Below, one piece after another: positions 34,193 to 37,622 of a DNA stretch of 37,622 bases. The DNA is taken from positions 1-37,622 of the IMG/VR virus record IMGVR_UViG_3300017646_000199. One strand, written 5' to 3'. Both the position numbers and the translations under genes were made by a program. Position 1 is the stretch's first letter; the number at the start of each line of letters is the position of its first letter. The DNA comes from a virus. Lineage: Duplodnaviria; Caudoviricetes. Below the pieces are notes generated by a model. That model did not search any database and had not been told where the DNA came from. It saw only the letters and a program-made list of their open reading frames with translations.

Positions 34193-36043
34193 GTGGCGTT
34201 TCCCGAGTACATTCCCGTCCGCCCGGTCTCGATCGGTGGGGCGAGGGTCCTTGAGTCATCCGATCTGCTGAAGGTCCGTGTCACCATCAACGCGTCGAAG
34301 TCGCTGGTCTGGGATGCGACTGGGTACCGGTTCGAGAAGCTGAAGGTCGTCTCGACCTCCGAGCTCGGCTCCGAGATCGTGATCAGCTTGCCCCGGACCG
34401 ACGTGCAGGGCTGGCGTGATCCGGCCGTGAACGCGGTGATCGACGTCACCGAGCCGGGGTCGTTCACGCACCGGTACACCGCGACGGTCGAGTTCCTCGA
34501 CGCCGCCGACCGGCCTATCGGGGTTCGCCCGGTCACGCTCGGTCCGTTCACGGTGCCCGATGGTGAGGGCGTGATTGACCTGGACAAGACCGTGCCTGTG
34601 TCGTCCGTGTCGGGCGAGCTGGTGATGATCCCGGATCTGTGGGGGCAGCTGGTCGTGCAGGCGGAGGCGGCGGCGGTCGAGGCGAAGGGTGCGGTGCTCG
34701 ATTCGGCCACGTTTGTCGCGGAGCAGATCGGTGACCCGGAGTCGCCTGCCGGCGTGGTGCTATCGAACACGTACGGGTCACGTCTGCGCAGTCTCGCGAA
34801 CCAGATCGGGACGAAGCTCCGGGCGTGGCCCGGTCGCCTGACCGCCGACGTGCCGACCGTCACAGTCGGCACCGCGGCGACCGTGACGGGCAGGCAGATG
34901 CCGTTCCAGTCGGCCGCACGTGAGGTCGTCTCGCGCGGCGCGTGGGACCCCACCTTCAACCGTTGGAAGGTGCAGGGGACCGGCCCGTTCACGGGGTTCG
35001 ACGCGATCCTCGAAGGGGACACGCTCGAGCTTGAGGTGGTCATGGTCGGGACCTCGTTCACGTACATGGTGCTGGTCGATGATGAGCCGGTCGATGGTGT
35101 CTTCACTGCCACCGCTACGAGCAGCGGGTTCCAGTACTTCAAGCTGGCGTTCGGCTCGGTGAAGCATCGACGGGTGACGGTCTACTTCGGCGGCGTCGGC
35201 GCCTTCCGATTCCTCACCGTTCCGATGACGCAGAGCATCGAGCCAGCTCCCGCGAAGCCAGTGCTCTGCGTCGTGGGCGACTCGTTCCTCGCAGGCTCGG
35301 CGGGCTCGTCATCAACGGACGGGTTCATGTTCTACGTGTGCCTCCAGCTCGGCATCGAGTACACCGGCACCGTGTTCGGCGGCACGGGGTACGCATCGGC
35401 GGGGAGCTTCACGAAGTTCGGCGACCCGGCGCGCGTCGCCGCCGCAGCGAAGACGAAGCCCGACGTGCTCGTGTTCGTCGGCAGCGTGAATGACGACGAC
35501 AAGGCCAACGTTCAGGCGGAGGCAGCAGCGACGTTCGCCGCCTACGCCGCCGCGCTGCCGGGTGTTCCGATGATCGTGTTCGGTCCGCAGCCGTCCGCAG
35601 CGGCCACCACGATCGGCGCCGCACGAGCGCAGCGCATCGCCGCGGTGAAGGCCGCGGCGGATGCATCGCCGAGCGTGGTCGCGTTCTTCGACATGGTGGG
35701 AACAGGGGCCGGCGTTCCGGCCGCATGGTCGGCGGGCAACTGGGCAGGCGGCAGCGTCGTCACCCACCTCGGTTCGGTGTGGCTAGCCGACTGGGACGCG
35801 GACGACACCAGGCCCGACACGCCCGGCTCGGGTGGGTGGAAGCGGGTCACGTACGGATTCGACGGGACGGGTCGAGTCGGAGGCGCGACCGGCAACGGCA
35901 ACCGGGACGTGAACCTGTACTCCGACCAAGTGCACCCGACCGCGGCGGGGCAGCGAGCCTTCTGGGCCGCATCGCTGCGCGTGCTGACGACGTTCTTTGC
36001 ACGCCTCGTGGCGGAGGACACCCGGCAGCGCACCCTCTACTGA
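34193..36043 (+). CDS. SGNH/GDSL esterase, probably virion-associated
   Basis: Blocks GDSF, GGTGY, GSVND, DQVHP; N-terminal structural-like domain. Confidence 0.85.
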   Translation: MAFPEYIPVRPVSIGGARVLESSDLLKVRVTINASKSLVWDATGYRFEKLKVVSTSELGSEIVISLPRTDVQGWRDPAVNAVIDVTEPGSFTHRYTATVEFLDAADRPIGVRPVTLGPFTVPDGEGVIDLDKTVPVSSVSGELVMIPDLWGQLVVQAEAAAVEAKGAVLDSATFVAEQIGDPESPAGVVLSNTYGSRLRSLANQIGTKLRAWPGRLTADVPTVTVGTAATVTGRQMPFQSAAREVVSRGAWDPTFNRWKVQGTGPFTGFDAILEGDTLELEVVMVGTSFTYMVLVDDEPVDGVFTATATSSGFQYFKLAFGSVKHRRVTVYFGGVGAFRFLTVPMTQSIEPAPAKPVLCVVGDSFLAGSAGSSSTDGFMFYVCLQLGIEYTGTVFGGTGYASAGSFTKFGDPARVAAAAKTKPDVLVFVGSVNDDDKANVQAEAAATFAAYAAALPGVPMIVFGPQPSAAATTIGAARAQRIAAVKAAADASPSVVAFFDMVGTGAGVPAAWSAGNWAGGSVVTHLGSVWLADWDADDTRPDTPGSGGWKRVTYGFDGTGRVGGATGNGNRDVNLYSDQVHPTAAGQRAFWAASLRVLTTFFARLVAEDTRQRTLY

Positions 36044-36079
36044 CCATCCCTAACGACCCCAGTACCGGACGCATGAAAT

Positions 36080-36124
36080 CGCCCCGTCTCATCTCTTCGG
36101 AGGTGAGGCGGGGCGCTTTCGTCG
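36080..36124 (+). terminator. Late operon terminator
   Basis: 16-bp stem CGCCCCGTCTCATCTC-TTCG-GAGGTGAGGCGGGGCG then CTTTCGTCG. Confidence 0.85.
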
Positions 36125-36172
36125 TGATCGGGTGAAGTTCCTTCGGATCGGGTTGGAGTTGATTGGATCGGC

Positions 36173-36202
36173 TTGCGCCACGTTGCGCATGACCCGTATG
36201 GT
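36173..36202 (+). promoter_or_regulatory. SigA-like promoter upstream of the DUF3800 locus
   Basis: TTGCGC-N18-TATGGT. Confidence 0.6.
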
Positions 36203-36209
36203 GAGTGTC

Positions 36210-36276
36210 GGTAGCAGTTCCTCCGCGGACCACGCGCCACCTCCGAAAGGCAGCCATGGGCTGCCTTTCGTGTTTC
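36210..36276 (+). ncRNA. Candidate small structured RNA plus terminator, DUF3800-associated
   Basis: Stem GGTAGC/GCCACC enclosing a possible pseudoknot, then a perfect 12-bp hairpin CGAAAGGCAGCC-ATG-GGCTGCCTTTCG and TGTTTC. Confidence 0.5.
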
Positions 36277-36291
36277 CGCTACGGTGTATGC

Positions 36292-37191
36292 GTGCTTGTT
36301 GCGTATCTCGACGAATTCGGCCATGTCGGGCCGTACATGTCGACCACGCACCGGAAGTTCTGTCATCATCCTGTCTTCGGCTACGCCGGTATTGTGATTC
36401 CCGCTGAGAACGTTCGGGCGTTCGGTGCCAAGTTCGAGCGGGTGAAAGAGCGCCAGTTCCGGTCCGAGATCGTCGCATCCGGCGATCATCCGCGACGCTG
36501 GGAGAAAAAGGGCTCCGAGATCTTCACGACGGGAGCGTTCGAGCGTTATCCCCAACGTGTCGACTTCATCGCGGACCTCGCTGATTACCTCACGAAGCTC
36601 GGTGGCAGGTTGTTCTTCTACGGCGAGGTGAAGCCCATCGGCACCGAGAAGATGACCGGGGAATCTGCGTCGGCTCGAACAACGCAGGTCCTCACGGAAG
36701 TTGTTCGCCGCCTGTGTCGGTATGCCGATGGACTCGACAAACATCTCACTGTGCTTCTCGATCAGGGCGGTCCGATGCCCCGTGAGGAGGCCATCACCTC
36801 GATGGCCTCGTTCATCTACTCATCTGATCACCCGTCCATGAAACGCATCATCGAAGTGCCTATGCAGTTGGAGAGCCACCGATACGGTGCCATGCAGTTC
36901 GCTGACTGGATCTGCGCTATTGCAACGCGTGCGTCTCACTTCCATTTGTCGGACTCGGATGAGTTTTCGTGGGCGCCTCCTGCATTCCGGCAGATCGTGG
37001 GCAGGCGGGCGACGCCAGATTCGCGGATTTGGCTGTCCTCGCGGCACATTGGGATCTCGGCGGGCGCACTCGCACACGGGCGTAAGTGGCTGGGTTCAAG
37101 TTTCCAGCGACGCGAGTCGGATCACGGCACACACCTGACGCACACCGTTGCTGATGCCCTGCTGCAAGCGCCGGATCGAGCCAGCGCCTGA
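36292..37191 (+). CDS. DUF3800 family protein (RNase H-like), candidate defence/toxin
   Basis: N-terminal AYLDEFGH, WEKKG, C-terminal MQFADWI; GTG at 36292 with -10 TACGGT 6 nt upstream; lower GC than the phage core. Confidence 0.82.
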   Translation: MLVAYLDEFGHVGPYMSTTHRKFCHHPVFGYAGIVIPAENVRAFGAKFERVKERQFRSEIVASGDHPRRWEKKGSEIFTTGAFERYPQRVDFIADLADYLTKLGGRLFFYGEVKPIGTEKMTGESASARTTQVLTEVVRRLCRYADGLDKHLTVLLDQGGPMPREEAITSMASFIYSSDHPSMKRIIEVPMQLESHRYGAMQFADWICAIATRASHFHLSDSDEFSWAPPAFRQIVGRRATPDSRIWLSSRHIGISAGALAHGRKWLGSSFQRRESDHGTHLTHTVADALLQAPDRASA

Positions 37192-37424
37192 CACCTGGCC
37201 GGGTACCACTCGTCCGCGCCGCATGGCGGTGATGTCCGGTCATAACTACGATCCGTGGTGCGGTGGTTGGCTCGTGCCTCGGGATCGAAGCCCGCGTGTC
37301 GCTTCCCCGAGGCACGTAGCCCGCCGGGACCCTGCAGTACCCCTCGGATCATGCTCGCGAGGCTGCGACGTACGCGGCGTGCACGGACTCAAGGGCGGGT
37401 AGTGACCGGGAGAGTAGCCGGCTG

Positions 37425-37622
37425 CTACTTGGATCGTGAGCGAGTTTCGAACGCGGAGCCGACTGCTATCCCCGCGGAAAGACCGATCGCGATCCACAGC
37501 GCCAGATTGTCCGCCGCGATACCGGCGGCGGTGCCGACCGCCAGGCCGAGAGCTAGGCCGATGCCAACCGCGACGCCTTTCGCTGGCCCCGGTTCCGAGT
37601 CGCGGTTATCGTCGTTTGCCAT
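37425..37622 (-). CDS. Small glycine-zipper membrane protein
   Basis: GVAVGIGLALGLAVGTAAG...LWIAIGLSAGIAVG; ATG at the window edge. Confidence 0.7.
   Translation of the reverse strand: MANDDNRDSEPGPAKGVAVGIGLALGLAVGTAAGIAADNLALWIAIGLSAGIAVGSAFETRSRSK

Larger units (their letters stand above)
139..37622. mobile_element. Temperate siphovirus prophage integrated in tRNA-Asn (right end and integrase outside the window)
   Basis: Full set of immunity, recombination/replication, packaging, head, tail and lysis genes starting at the tRNA 3' half; no integrase or second tRNA-half copy seen. Left boundary is approximate. Confidence 0.95.

Noticed and set aside
36205-36291. N-terminal extension of the DUF3800 ORF given by the ORF track
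   Set aside because: It runs through the RNA/terminator hairpins; the family motif starts at GTG 36292.
36044-37622. attR or integrase at the right end
   Set aside because: No copy of the tRNA 3' half (GGTTCGAGTCCAAGTGGGGGAG) and no recombinase motifs found by eye; probably outside the window.

Overview
This GC-rich actinobacterial window (Microbacteriaceae-like, by inference) starts with a host tRNA-Asn(GTT) at 105-177. Almost all the rest is one apparently intact siphovirus prophage integrated into that tRNA. The phage repressor gene reads antisense into the tRNA and stops in its anticodon loop, which is the layout of integration-dependent immunity. The integrase and attR are not visible and should lie beyond the right edge. 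Gene order: repressor / MerR-type Cro-Xis switch; a tightly coupled early operon (RuvC-like resolvase, YqaJ exonuclease, ERF, C5 DNA methyltransferase, HNH, initiator with internal origin repeats, helicase loader, helicase, SSB); a structured late leader; HNH, cos and terminase; portal, ClpP-scaffold, capsid and tail (frameshifted chaperone, tape measure, minor tail proteins); a lysis cassette; an SGNH esterase; and right-arm cargo. Main signals: (1) a C5 methyltransferase whose variable region is dual-coded, with a +1-frame protein carrying four LPTP modules, and which is flanked by a 14-bp direct repeat; (2) a DUF3800 RNase-H-like gene preceded by a promoter, a compact pseudoknot-like RNA and a terminator, resembling a type III toxin-antitoxin layout; (3) two leaderless antisense cargo genes, each nested inside a sense ORF that is translationally coupled at both ends; (4) the repressor-tRNA overlap. 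All calls come from reading motifs by eye; no searches or folding programs were run.
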